Counted from the first letter of the stretch, positions 9,976 to 19,379 are shown. The stretch: DNA of 64,000 bases from an uncultured Clostridia bacterium (GCA_947631765.1 CANRMP010000001.1:139587-203586), one strand, 5' to 3'. Numbers and translations are program-made. The notes: generated from the letters alone by a model not told the origin.

Positions 9976-10476
9976 ATGGATAACTCTGTTACATGCACGG
10001 ACAATCAGGTCGAATACATAATAGGCAAGCAGAAAAACATAGCGCTTATAGCGCACGACAACAAAAAAGCGGAAATTATCGAATGGTGCAAAAAGAATGA
10101 GAATATTTTAAAATCCCATTTTCTTTTCGGAACAGGCACCACCGCAAGAATGATATCCGAAAAGACCTCTCTTCCGGTGAAGGGCTTTAACAGCGGGCCG
10201 CTCGGAGGCGACCAGCAGATAGGAGCAAGGATTGTTGAAGGGAAAATTGACATTGTGATTTTCTTTTCCGACCCGCTGACAGCCCAACCCCATGACCCTG
10301 ACGTGAAGGCGCTGCTCAGAATCGCGCAGGTATATGATATACCGATAGCCAATAACAAGGCGACGGCGGATTTTATTATAACCTCCTCGCTTATGAACGG
10401 CGAGTACGAGCACAGGCTGATAGATTTTAAGCGCAATATTACCGCAAGAGCCGAGAATCTCGACAAAATGGTTTAA
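9976..10476 (+). CDS. mgsA: Methylglyoxal synthase
   Basis: IALIAHDNKK, LFGTGTT, GPLGGDQQIGA and DPLTAQPHDPDVKALLR are the MgsA signature strings. It has about 20 extra N-terminal residues compared with B. subtilis MgsA. Confidence 0.92.
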   Translation: MDNSVTCTDNQVEYIIGKQKNIALIAHDNKKAEIIEWCKKNENILKSHFLFGTGTTARMISEKTSLPVKGFNSGPLGGDQQIGARIVEGKIDIVIFFSDPLTAQPHDPDVKALLRIAQVYDIPIANNKATADFIITSSLMNGEYEHRLIDFKRNITARAENLDKMV

Positions 10477-10533
10477 TGGCGAGCTTTGCGCCATAAAGTC
10501 ATTTTTAAGCCGGTATTAATATTTGATTTTTTA

Positions 10534-10573
10534 ATTTAATGAGGCTGTCGCACATTGGCGACAGCCTCATTAA
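10534..10573. terminator. Long perfect hairpin between convergent genes (bidirectional terminator candidate)
   Basis: TTTAATGAGGCTGTCGC - ACATTG - GCGACAGCCTCATTAAA, a stem of 14 to 17 bp. The A/T runs form part of the stem. Confidence 0.6.
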
Positions 10574-10635
10574 AATACTTGTTTCTTTTGCATCAAGGAA
10601 AGATAATTCGAAAATACCAAATCAGTAAAAAAAGT

Positions 10636-10875
10636 TTAGTCTAAGGAAAAGATATTCGAAAAAACAAAATTAAGAATGAAAACCGCGGCAAGCAGTGCAA
10701 GAGAAGCGCCGATTAATGCGATCAAAGTGACTAAAAATCTTTTTCGTCTTACCTTATTTTCTTTCGGAGTTGCAAGGAAAAGAATCAGAAAAACAACAGA
10801 TGGAACGATTAGAATAATCGACGCCACATCATCGTGATAGCAGAGTAAAATATCAGCATAATTAACACTTCTCAA
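10636..10875 (-). CDS. Small hypothetical membrane protein (2 TM)
   Basis: 79 aa with two clear hydrophobic helices separated by KENKVRRKR. I recognise no family. Confidence 0.4.
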   Translation of the reverse strand: MRSVNYADILLCYHDDVASIILIVPSVVFLILFLATPKENKVRRKRFLVTLIALIGASLALLAAVFILNFVFSNIFSLD

Positions 10876-11002
10876 ATATTTTCTATTTACATTTTATCTT
10901 AATACAGCGATTTGTCAAGACTTTTGTGCTGTTTCTTTTTGTTTTTTTATGATTTTTTATTATCTTTGCATTTTTTCATTATCTTTTTTATTATTTTTGT
11001 TT

Positions 11003-13156
11003 TTATTTTTCCGGTTTGCGCATGGTAAGAGCTATGCGTTTTTTCTCGATATCAACGCTCAGCACCCAAACGGTGACGATGTCGCCGACGCTCAGTATGT
11101 CGGAGGGGTGATTTACCCTCTTTTTGCTTATTTGAGAGATATGAACAAGTCCGTCCTGATGTACGCCTATATCGACAAACGCGCCGAAATCGACCACATT
11201 TCGAACCGTGCCCTTAAGCTCCATACCGGGAGTGAGACTTTCAATTCCGAGCACGTCCGAGCGAAGCATGGGAGGCGGAAGCTCGTCGCGTGGGTCTCTT
11301 CCGGGCTTTGAGAGCTCTTTTACAATGTCAAGCAGAGTCGGAACGCCGATGCCGAGCTTTTCTGAAAGCTTTTCCGCGCCCTTTTCCTCAATAATTTCGT
11401 AAAGCCTTGCGGAGCCCTTGCCCGACACTTCCTTGTCGCCAAGCCCGCACTCTTTAAGCAGAGCCTCGGCGGCGCTGTAGCTTTCGGGATGCACGGAGGT
11501 GTTGTCAAGCAGATTTTCGCTTTCGGGAACTCTCATAAAGCCGGCGCATTGCAAGAACGCCTTCGGTCCGAGCTTCGGGACTCTTTTAAGCTCTTCTCTT
11601 GACTCAAAACAGCCGTTTTCCTCACGGTAGGTCACAATATTTTTGGCGACTGTGGAGTTAATTCCGGCAACGCGGGAAAGAAGCGGCGCGGAGGCGGTGT
11701 TTATATCGACTCCTACCGAGTTGACGCAGTCCTCCACCACCCCGTCAAGCGCTTCGGAAAGCTGATTTTGAGGCATGTCGTGCTGATACTGACCGACTCC
11801 TATGGCCTTGGGGTCGATTTTGACAAGCTCCGCCAGAGGGTCTTGAAGTCTTCTTGCAATTGAAACGGCGCTTCGTAGGTTTACGTCAAATTCGGGAAAT
11901 TCCTCTGCGGCAAGCTTTGAGGCGGAGTATACCGAGGCTCCCGCCTCGCTCACCACCATGTATTTAACCTCGGGAAAATCCTTTATGACGTCAGCCGCAA
12001 AGACCTCGGTCTCGTGTGACGCCGTCCCGTTTCCTATGGCGATTATCTGCACCTTGTATTTTTTTATCCAAGCTGCGATAAAGGCTTTTGCCTGCTCGAT
12101 TTTATTAAAGGGAGGGACAGGATAAATGACCCCGGTGTCAAGCACCTTGCCGGTTTCGTCAACCACCGCCGTTTTACAGCCCATTCTGTATCCCGGGTCA
12201 AGTCCGAGAACAATTTTTCCCTTAACGGGTGCCTGCATAAGCAGCTGGCGCAGGTTTTTGGCAAACAGCTTTATGGCGTCGGTGTCTGCCTTTTCGGTCA
12301 GCATATTTCTTATCTCGCGTTCAATGGACGGGAAAATAAGACGGCCGTACGCGTCCTCTGCGGCAAGGCGAATGACGTCGGCGCAGGGCGAGCTTTCGTT
12401 TTTTAGGTGAACCCCAAGGATTATGTTCATCGCCTTAATCGCGTCAAAATCAATGGAGACCTTTAAAATATCCTCTCTTTCGCCGCGGTTAATAGCAAGA
12501 GTTCTGTGACCGGCAACCTTGTTTAAAGGCTCGGTGTATTCCTTGTAGGTCTCGTATACTCCGAGATTTTCGCAATTGCCCCTTGAGGTGAGATTGCCGT
12601 TCATATAGCATATGTATCTCAGCCTTTTTCTTATATCCGCGTCATCCGATATCATCTCGGCTATTATATCCATGGCGCCCTGAAGCGCTTCCTCCGCGCT
12701 GTTTACGCCGAGCTCTTCATTGATAAAGTCGGCTGCCATTTCGAGCGGAGAAGGGCAGGAGGAGGGCTGCTCGTATATCATATTTGCCAGACCTTCAAGA
12801 CCTTTTGCCTTTGCCACCGAGGCTCTTGTTTTGCGTTTTGGTCTGTAGGGGCGGTATATATCGTCGATTTCGGTCATTGTCTCGGCGTTTTCAAGAGCCG
12901 CGGCTATTTCCTCGGTCATTGCCCCCTGCTCGCTTATAGAGTTAAAAACCTTTTCGCGGTTTTCGTTGAGATTTCTTAAATAGGTGAGCCTTTCGGAAAG
13001 CTCGCGCAGAACCTGGTCGTCAAGCGAGCCGGTTATCTCCTTGCGGTATCTTGCAATAAACGGGATTGTGTTTCCCTCGTCGATAAGGTTTACGGTTGCC
13101 TCGACTCTGTCGGGCTTTAAATTAAATTCTTGTGAAAGTTTTGAAATAATATCCAT
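11003..13156 (-). CDS. tex: Tex-like transcription accessory protein with C-terminal S1 domain
   Basis: 717 aa. The N-terminal IPFIARYRKE motif, a YqgF/RuvC-like central region, HhH motifs, and a C-terminal S1 domain (GTVRNVVDFGAFVDIGVHQDGLVHIS). Confidence 0.92.
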   Translation of the reverse strand: MDIISKLSQEFNLKPDRVEATVNLIDEGNTIPFIARYRKEITGSLDDQVLRELSERLTYLRNLNENREKVFNSISEQGAMTEEIAAALENAETMTEIDDIYRPYRPKRKTRASVAKAKGLEGLANMIYEQPSSCPSPLEMAADFINEELGVNSAEEALQGAMDIIAEMISDDADIRKRLRYICYMNGNLTSRGNCENLGVYETYKEYTEPLNKVAGHRTLAINRGEREDILKVSIDFDAIKAMNIILGVHLKNESSPCADVIRLAAEDAYGRLIFPSIEREIRNMLTEKADTDAIKLFAKNLRQLLMQAPVKGKIVLGLDPGYRMGCKTAVVDETGKVLDTGVIYPVPPFNKIEQAKAFIAAWIKKYKVQIIAIGNGTASHETEVFAADVIKDFPEVKYMVVSEAGASVYSASKLAAEEFPEFDVNLRSAVSIARRLQDPLAELVKIDPKAIGVGQYQHDMPQNQLSEALDGVVEDCVNSVGVDINTASAPLLSRVAGINSTVAKNIVTYREENGCFESREELKRVPKLGPKAFLQCAGFMRVPESENLLDNTSVHPESYSAAEALLKECGLGDKEVSGKGSARLYEIIEEKGAEKLSEKLGIGVPTLLDIVKELSKPGRDPRDELPPPMLRSDVLGIESLTPGMELKGTVRNVVDFGAFVDIGVHQDGLVHISQISKKRVNHPSDILSVGDIVTVWVLSVDIEKKRIALTMRKPEK

Positions 13157-13299
13157 ATATTTTCCTTATTGTATCAGATTTCCCGCCTATTATAACAAAA
13201 ATTTAAAAAATTTGCAATAGAAGTTATAAAAATATTTTTTCTTGGCATATAATTATTCATCAAAAGTGGGACAATTAACTCTTTCTTAATAAAGTTTAC

Positions 13300-13328
13300 T
13301 TGACAACAAAGATATTATGTGGTAAACT
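13300..13328 (+). promoter_or_regulatory. Candidate sigma-A promoter for the lysozyme/cohesin gene pair
   Basis: TTGACA (13300-13305), a 17-nt spacer, then TAAACT (13323-13328). This leaves a leader of about 165 nt. Confidence 0.45.
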
Positions 13329-13497
13329 TAAAAAGTATAGTTATACCAATAGGTAAAAACAGGTAATACAAAAAACAAGAAGTATAACAGGCAGGACACA
13401 AAAACATAAAAACATGTGGGCATGCGAGGCGGCAAAAAACGCCGCTCCAAGTTCAAGGAAAGGATACTTTCGATATGCGAAAGTAATGGTCTGACTT

Positions 13498-15984
13498 ATG
13501 AAAAGACATGTTATTTGTATCATTGTGATTGCCGTAATATTGCTGATTTTCTGTTCTTTTCCCGCAAGCGCCCTCGAAAGCTCTCTTTCGGGTGTTGAAA
13601 TCACAAAGGAAAAAGACGGGTCGAATGCGACGTCATTTACCGTATATGCAGATCAGTCGATGATAGGAAAGATGAATTTAAGCTCCGAGGGGCTTGCCCT
13701 GCTCAAAAGCTTTGAGGGTTATTCAAAATATCCTTATTCCGACTATTCACGCTGGTCTATAGGATACGGCTCGTATGTGTGCTCCATTGACGACGACCCG
13801 TATGAGATTTACCCCAACGGCATATCCAAAATCGAAGCCGAGGAGCTTCTGATGTCAAAACTCGGAAGTTACATAAAATCGGTCAACAAACTTGCAAGTG
13901 ATTACGGCATCGCGCTAAATCAGAATCAGTTTGACGCTCTTGTAAGCTTCACTTACAATTTAGGCGCAAACATCTGGAAAAGGGACGCATCTGATTTTAC
14001 GGTAAAAAGGCTCCTTATAAGCGGAGAATATACCCCGGAGGAGATGGCGGACGCATTTTATATGTGGCGAAACGCCGGGGGAAAAGAAAACGCTGGGCTT
14101 GCAAAGCGCAGACGGCGCGAGGCGGCGCTTTTTAACTCACAAATCAACGTATCCGACCCCGCAAAGGACGGCTACAGCGTAAAATATTACATTGTCAACA
14201 CAAATCTCCTTACCGTGAGGAGTGAGGAGGATACCTCAAGCTCATCTCTCGGCTCGATAAGAAAAAATAACGTTATCCCTATTCTGTATACCAACGAGGC
14301 GGGGAGCCTCGGATTTACCACCTACGCCGCTTATTTCGGCTGGGTATCGATGAAAAATCTCGTGCCTCTTCCGGAAAACTCTGCCATTTCAGTGGCAGGT
14401 GAAGACGATATCGACGAACAGGGAATATTCTACACCTTTGACGAAAATAATATGACCGCCATGGTGGGAGATAACGGAGAAGCCAAGAACAACTCCAAAT
14501 ATGACGGAACGTACAGCGGGTACGTGTATCTCACAAAATATATTTTCCGTTCGGGCAAGGTATACACGCTGACTGCAATAGGTGAAAACGCGTTTACCGA
14601 ATGCTCGACTTTAAAGAAAATTTATATTCCCGCAAGCGTCACGCATATTGCAGACGGCGCCTTCGACCTTTCGGGGCTCGGTGATATTTACTATCCCGGC
14701 GGAAGCTATGCGGAGGAATACGCGAAAAGCAGTCCTTTTAAGGGCACAAACTACAATTGCAGAGCCTCTCACACATACGGCGCATGGAAGATTGTCGATT
14801 GCGGTAACGACACTACACCCCATTACGAGGAGAGCGTGTGTTCTGTTTGCGGGGAGGTAAGGCAGAGAACGGTTATTTCGATATACGTTTCCTCTGTGCC
14901 TGACAAGACCGAATATTATCAGGGAGACAGCTTTGATGTTACGGGCATAAAGGTATCGGCAAAATTCGACGACGGCTCGGACACCGATATCACCTCCTTT
15001 GTAAAATACAGCGGCTTTGACAGCTCAAAGCTCGGGAACAAGGAAATTAAGGTTAAATACGGATCCTTTGATACAAGCTTTACAATAAGAGTGAATAAAA
15101 AGACTCTTGTCGGGATATCGATATCAAAAACCCCGAAAAAGACCACTTTTATCGAGGGAATACCCGTCGATTACAGCGGTCTTGAGGTGCTTGCGCATTA
15201 CGACAACAATTCAAGCGAGGTTATAAAGGAATACGATATTTCGGAGTGTGATATAAACCTTGTCGGAAAACAAACCGTAACCGTCACATATAACGGCTTC
15301 AAGGCGTCTTTTGCAGTAACCATTAAAGCAAAATCGGTAAAGAGCGTCTCAATTGTTAGCTCTCCGTATAAAACCGAATATTACTGCGGCGAAAGCTTTG
15401 ACTTTGACGGGCTTACAATGCACGTTATATACGATAACGGTACCGAAGAGACGGTCGAAGAGGGATTTAGCGTTACAGGATTTAACAACAATACGCCCGG
15501 AGAAAAAAAGGTTCGCTTGTATTTCGGTGGAAAGTACAGCAATATAAAGGTACTTGTAATTCTTAACCGCTTTGTCAGCGACATCTACAAAATCACAAAG
15601 GATAACAAGTGCCTTGTCGGCAAAAACACAACGGTCGGCGCCTTTGTTTCGGCTTTTGAGGCTTCGGACAGAATTGAGATAGTCGGGGCAGACGGAAAAG
15701 CGCTTCCAAAACAAAGCCTTGTCGGCAGCGGATGCCGTGCGATACTCTGGTATAACGAGGATAAGCTTGCCGAGTTTATCGTCTCTGTAAAAGGAGATCT
15801 TAACGGAGACGGGTGCGTGTCCTTTAGCGATTATCTGATGATGAATCGCCATTTCACCTCTCAAATCAAAGACGTTAACACGATGATATACGATATAAAC
15901 AGCGACGGACAGTTTACTCTTGCCGATCTTGTCTGCCTGCTGTCTGAGATCAAAATCAACAACAAGGATGAGCAGTCCGCATAA
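13498..15984 (+). CDS. Secreted multidomain muramidase: GH24-like lysozyme, SH3b-like, BspA-type LRR, 3 Ig-like repeats, C-terminal dockerin
   Basis: Signal peptide ending PASA. Lysozyme block LALLKSFEGYSKYPY...SIGYGS...NQNQFDALVSFTYNLG. LRR block LTAIGENAFTECSTLKKIYIPASVTHIADGAF. Three repeats of about 75 aa (YYQGDSFDVTGIKV, FIEGIPVDYSGLEV, YYCGESFDFDGLTM). Dockerin duplicate Ca-loops DLNGDGCVSFSD and DINSDGQFTLAD. Confidence 0.8.
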   Translation: MKRHVICIIVIAVILLIFCSFPASALESSLSGVEITKEKDGSNATSFTVYADQSMIGKMNLSSEGLALLKSFEGYSKYPYSDYSRWSIGYGSYVCSIDDDPYEIYPNGISKIEAEELLMSKLGSYIKSVNKLASDYGIALNQNQFDALVSFTYNLGANIWKRDASDFTVKRLLISGEYTPEEMADAFYMWRNAGGKENAGLAKRRRREAALFNSQINVSDPAKDGYSVKYYIVNTNLLTVRSEEDTSSSSLGSIRKNNVIPILYTNEAGSLGFTTYAAYFGWVSMKNLVPLPENSAISVAGEDDIDEQGIFYTFDENNMTAMVGDNGEAKNNSKYDGTYSGYVYLTKYIFRSGKVYTLTAIGENAFTECSTLKKIYIPASVTHIADGAFDLSGLGDIYYPGGSYAEEYAKSSPFKGTNYNCRASHTYGAWKIVDCGNDTTPHYEESVCSVCGEVRQRTVISIYVSSVPDKTEYYQGDSFDVTGIKVSAKFDDGSDTDITSFVKYSGFDSSKLGNKEIKVKYGSFDTSFTIRVNKKTLVGISISKTPKKTTFIEGIPVDYSGLEVLAHYDNNSSEVIKEYDISECDINLVGKQTVTVTYNGFKASFAVTIKAKSVKSVSIVSSPYKTEYYCGESFDFDGLTMHVIYDNGTEETVEEGFSVTGFNNNTPGEKKVRLYFGGKYSNIKVLVILNRFVSDIYKITKDNKCLVGKNTTVGAFVSAFEASDRIEIVGADGKALPKQSLVGSGCRAILWYNEDKLAEFIVSVKGDLNGDGCVSFSDYLMMNRHFTSQIKDVNTMIYDINSDGQFTLADLVCLLSEIKINNKDEQSA

Positions 15985-15999
15985 AAGGAAAAAAACAAA

Positions 16000-17439
16000 A
16001 TGAATTTATCTTCCGAAAAAACAAAGCTGCTTGAAAGAGCGATAGTTGTCATATTGGCTTGTCTTATACTTTTCGGCGCCTTTTACACTTCGTACGCGGA
16101 AGGGGAAAACCCCGACGCGGCGCCGCAGGTCGGCGAAAATGAAGACAGCGGCGGAAATGAGCCTGAAGAAGAGACGGGGGATATTAAAATATCCTTCCCC
16201 GAGAAAATATGGCCGGGCTCGGAATTTGAGATAACGCTGTCGGCAAACCTTCCTCTTTCATACGCCGTTTTCGGAAGCATAAGCTTTGAGAGCGACGCTC
16301 TGAATTTCATCGAGTGCCGCGGGGCAGTCCCCGAATGGACTCTGACCCACACGGAGGACGGGTCGACAATAACCTATCTCTGTGTTGACACGCTGCTCTC
16401 CCATAAGGCGGATGGTATGACAGATATTTTGGTGATAAAATTTGCCGCCCGCTCGGATATTCCCGCCGATTCTCTTATCACTTTTAATGTATCCAACCTG
16501 ACGGCGTCCGACGGTGCGGGCGAGACTGTTATTGAAGGCGGAGAGTTTTCAAAAAACCTTTCCCCGGCGCTTAGTCACCCAGCAGGGCTTCAAAGCCTGT
16601 TTGTCAGGGGAAAAAGAGGGGAAGAGTCGGTTGACTATAACGTGGTTCCCGAATTTGACCCGGCGGTTACCGATTATACCGTTTATGTCGATGATATCGG
16701 CGATGAGTTTGAAATGGTATATACCTGCGACGAGTACTCAAGCGCTATTGAAAACAGAATATATACCGACGGCAAGCTCAGCTCATGCGAGCTTAATGTA
16801 ACGTCGGAGGACGGCTTTGAGGGGAGAAAATACATAATATCTTTTTCGGAAATTCAACCTCCCGCCAAAGACGAGAACGAATCAAACGCAAAAATAAAGG
16901 AAATAAGCCTTTCAAACGGTCTGCTCTCACCGAAGTTTTCAGCCTCGGCTTTTGAGTACACGGTTTACATAACCTCAAGTATTGACAGCGTTATAATATC
17001 CGCCCTGACGGAAAGTCCGGACGCCGTTGCCTCAAATTTGACTCTTGATATCAAAAGCGGGGAGAGGCAGGTGTTGACTTGCACCGCAAAGGACGGAACT
17101 GCTTTGGAATATTATTTTACCGTCAAGGTGATAAGCGAGAGGGCTTACGCTGAGCTTGCGGGAGATAATGTTACCGATACTCCAAACTTAAGCTTAAGTT
17201 TGCCGATAATCCTTATTATTCTTTTTGCCGTCGCTTTCACGGGCTTTTTTGTGGGCTTTATAATTGCCGCCGCGGTTAAGAAAAATTCGGGCAAGAGAAC
17301 AGGAAAAAGCAGTAGAGACCTAAAGCTATACGGCAAAAACAGCCTGTACAAAACCGACGCCGCGCCGCTTGACCTTGAGAAAAAGGAAGAAGCCCCTGTC
17401 GACAAGTCGGCAGACAAGGACAAACCGGAGGAGCAATAA
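16000..17439 (+). CDS. Membrane-anchored surface protein: cohesin-like domain, two cadherin-like beta-sandwich repeats, C-terminal TM and charged tail
   Basis: N-terminal hydrophobic segment and an acidic linker. A roughly 130-aa beta-rich module (IKISFPEKIWPGSEFEITL...ILVIKFAARSDIPADSLITFNVSNLTASDG) follows a cohesin-like pattern. Two repeats contain the P.F.P....Y.V.V motif (VVPEFDPAVTDYTVYV, LLSPKFSASAFEYTVYI). TM helix LPIILIILFAVAFTGFFVGFIIAAAV, then a K/E/D-rich tail. Confidence 0.6.
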   Translation: MNLSSEKTKLLERAIVVILACLILFGAFYTSYAEGENPDAAPQVGENEDSGGNEPEEETGDIKISFPEKIWPGSEFEITLSANLPLSYAVFGSISFESDALNFIECRGAVPEWTLTHTEDGSTITYLCVDTLLSHKADGMTDILVIKFAARSDIPADSLITFNVSNLTASDGAGETVIEGGEFSKNLSPALSHPAGLQSLFVRGKRGEESVDYNVVPEFDPAVTDYTVYVDDIGDEFEMVYTCDEYSSAIENRIYTDGKLSSCELNVTSEDGFEGRKYIISFSEIQPPAKDENESNAKIKEISLSNGLLSPKFSASAFEYTVYITSSIDSVIISALTESPDAVASNLTLDIKSGERQVLTCTAKDGTALEYYFTVKVISERAYAELAGDNVTDTPNLSLSLPIILIILFAVAFTGFFVGFIIAAAVKKNSGKRTGKSSRDLKLYGKNSLYKTDAAPLDLEKKEEAPVDKSADKDKPEEQ

Positions 17440-17460
17440 CTTTTGCGAAGGATAAAATAA

Positions 17461-18312
17461 ATGAGCAAAATGACCAAGGAAGAATATCAGGGCGAATTTG
17501 CCTTGATGGTCGATGAGCTGAGCTGTAAGGAAGGCATAAAATACGACGCGCTTTGCAGAATATCCGAAAGCTTTTTAAGACCCTATATCGCAAACCGGTG
17601 CTACAGATATTCAAGCTTAAGGCAGTCGGGTATTGAGGACGATATATTTCACGACGTACTTATAAGACTTATAAAATCCTGTATTGACCAGTTTCTCTAC
17701 AAGGACGGTACGCAAAACTACGATCCCGAGGGCTTTTTAAGGTGGATATATACGGTTGCCCGCAACGTCATAATCGATACCGCCAAGGACTACGGCGCAA
17801 AAAGCTGTACCGAGGTCGGCATTGTAAACGATGACGGAGAGATAATTGACATTCCGAGCGTTGATGACCCCTTTATGTCAATAGAAGCCGCCGACACCTT
17901 AAAGGATTGCCTTAGAACCGTACTTTCTCTTGATTCTTCGCTCCACATTGTCTTTACATGGATAATAAGAGCCATACTTCTTGCAAGATGCGACCTTTCA
18001 CTTGAGGAAAAATATATTGCGGATACCAAAATAAATGCGCTTGTGGTAAAAACCTTTAAGGATTTGACACTCAATGAGATTTACGCCGTGATACTGCTTG
18101 AGGCAAAAAAGCTTGAATGGCTTAGTATCAGCGAGGCGGACAACAAAAGAATCACCCGCATTCTTGAATCTGAGAATACAAACGGAAAATCAATAGGCAA
18201 CACGGTATATTCGGAATTTTTTATGAAAAAAGGGGCGAACGCCACAATAAGCGATTGGGTGAACCGCACAAATATGCGCATAATAAAAGCGGCAAACGCC
18301 GAAGTGCTTTGA
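17461..18312 (+). CDS. Divergent sigma-70 family (ECF-like) sigma factor
   Basis: Region-2-like string DDIFHDVLIRLIK...FLRWIYTVARNVIIDTAKD. The C-terminal ISDWVNRTNMRIIKA resembles region 4.2. At 283 aa it is longer than a classical ECF sigma and has a non-canonical middle part. Confidence 0.55.
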   Translation: MSKMTKEEYQGEFALMVDELSCKEGIKYDALCRISESFLRPYIANRCYRYSSLRQSGIEDDIFHDVLIRLIKSCIDQFLYKDGTQNYDPEGFLRWIYTVARNVIIDTAKDYGAKSCTEVGIVNDDGEIIDIPSVDDPFMSIEAADTLKDCLRTVLSLDSSLHIVFTWIIRAILLARCDLSLEEKYIADTKINALVVKTFKDLTLNEIYAVILLEAKKLEWLSISEADNKRITRILESENTNGKSIGNTVYSEFFMKKGANATISDWVNRTNMRIIKAANAEVL

Positions 18313-18323
18313 AAGGAGGCAGT

Positions 18324-18575
18324 ATGGAACATCCGAGTCTTGAAAAAATCATACGCTTTATTTCCTTTGATGAGCTAAACGAAGAAAATTTAAGCCTTGC
18401 ATCCGAGATAAATCTTCACATGATCGAATGTGCCGACTGCCGCAAGAAAATTCAGTCGATACAAAACACCCTGCAAAGCCTTCTGACATATTCACAGGTG
18501 AAAAATTTGGACGTTTCGGATATGAGTATTGACGACGATATTCAGTCGGAGCTTAACGATTTTTACAGCGAGTAA
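18324..18575 (+). CDS. Small soluble anti-sigma-like protein (zf-HC2 / ZAS-type motif)
   Basis: The ATG at 18324 has AAAGGAGG upstream, 11 nt after the sigma gene stop. The sequence EINLHMIECADCRKKI contains H-x3-C-x2-C at the usual N-terminal position. There is no TM segment, and the tail is acidic. Confidence 0.5.
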   Translation: MEHPSLEKIIRFISFDELNEENLSLASEINLHMIECADCRKKIQSIQNTLQSLLTYSQVKNLDVSDMSIDDDIQSELNDFYSE

Positions 18576-18581
18576 AAAATA

Positions 18582-18629
18582 GCAGAGCAAAGTGGCAACA
18601 AGAGGCCGCATTGCTCTGCCGTGTTTTTT
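18582..18629 (+). terminator. Terminator after the sigma/anti-sigma pair
   Basis: Stem GCAGAGCAA ... TTGCTCTGC (9 bp), followed by CGTGTTTTTT. Confidence 0.65.
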
Positions 18630-18644
18630 CATTTTGCGCATTAA

Positions 18645-18687
18645 AGAAAAAACAAACAGGGCTGCCGCAAATATTTTGAGGCAGCCC
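18645..18687 (-). terminator. Terminator of the rplU-prp-rpmA operon
   Basis: Stem GGGCTGCC / GGCAGCCC, followed on the minus strand by TGTTTGTTTTTT. Confidence 0.7.
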
Positions 18688-18719
18688 GCATGTTTATAAA
18701 AGATGATATTTACCGAAAA

Positions 18720-18998
18720 TTATTCGGCGTAAACACTGACGCACTTTTTGCCGCCGGCAATGTGCTCGAATTTCACCTTGCCGTTTATAAGAGCGTAAAG
18801 TGTGTCGTCAGAACCGATACCGACATTCACACCGGGATGAATGTGCGTTCCGCGCTGTCTGACAATGATATTACCGGCGATAACCGACTGTCCGTCCGCC
18901 TTTTTGACTCCAAGGCGCTTGGATTCGCTGTCACGACCGTTCTTTGTAGAACCGACGCCCTTTTTGTGAGCGAAGAACTGTAAACTGATTCTAAGCAT
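18720..18998 (-). CDS. rpmA: 50S ribosomal protein L27 (with the Firmicutes N-terminal propeptide)
   Basis: [32 protein letters not shown]. The L27 signature is preceded by the 9-residue extension that ends in FF/A, the Prp cleavage site. Confidence 0.97.
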   Translation of the reverse strand: MLRISLQFFAHKKGVGSTKNGRDSESKRLGVKKADGQSVIAGNIIVRQRGTHIHPGVNVGIGSDDTLYALINGKVKFEHIAGGKKCVSVYAE

Positions 18999-19022
18999 TG
19001 ACTTACTCCTTCTTTAATAGAT

Positions 19023-19373
19023 TTACTCTTCGACCTCAGATACCTCAATAAAATCGTAATAATCCTCAAGCATATCGCAAAGCTGAATATAGTAAGCGTA
19101 GAAAAGCCCCGCCACGGCAAAACGCTTGTTTTCATCCTCGGAATACTCGGGAAGGGCAGCAAGGCATTTGACCGTTATATCGGTTGTCTCTTCATCGATT
19201 TTATAGTCGACGTCCGAAGCGTAGGAAACTTCGACGGCATTTATAATAAGCATCGTCATGGCGCTTATGGCCGCGCAGACGATATCGTCTCCCTCATCTG
19301 CAAAGCCTGAGTGACCTGTTTCACGAAAACCGTAATAGATGCCGTTTTTCTTCAAAAATGTAATTTTTGTCAT
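19023..19373 (-). CDS. prp: Ribosomal-processing cysteine protease Prp
   Basis: 116 aa lying between rplU and rpmA. GHSGFADEGDDIVCAAISAM contains the His/Cys catalytic dyad context. Confidence 0.9.
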   Translation of the reverse strand: MTKITFLKKNGIYYGFRETGHSGFADEGDDIVCAAISAMTMLIINAVEVSYASDVDYKIDEETTDITVKCLAALPEYSEDENKRFAVAGLFYAYYIQLCDMLEDYYDFIEVSEVEE

Positions 19374-19379
19374 TTTGAA

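Noticed and set aside
10005-10494. Two minus-strand ORFs of 153 and 128 aa overlapping mgsA.
   Set aside because: They are shadow ORFs opposite a CDS with full MgsA signatures.
13498-14200. The phage-type (GH24) lysozyme as a marker of a prophage or mobile element.
   Set aside because: There are no integrase, terminase, capsid, tail or holin genes and no att-like repeats nearby. The protein has a signal peptide and a dockerin, which indicates a host surface enzyme.
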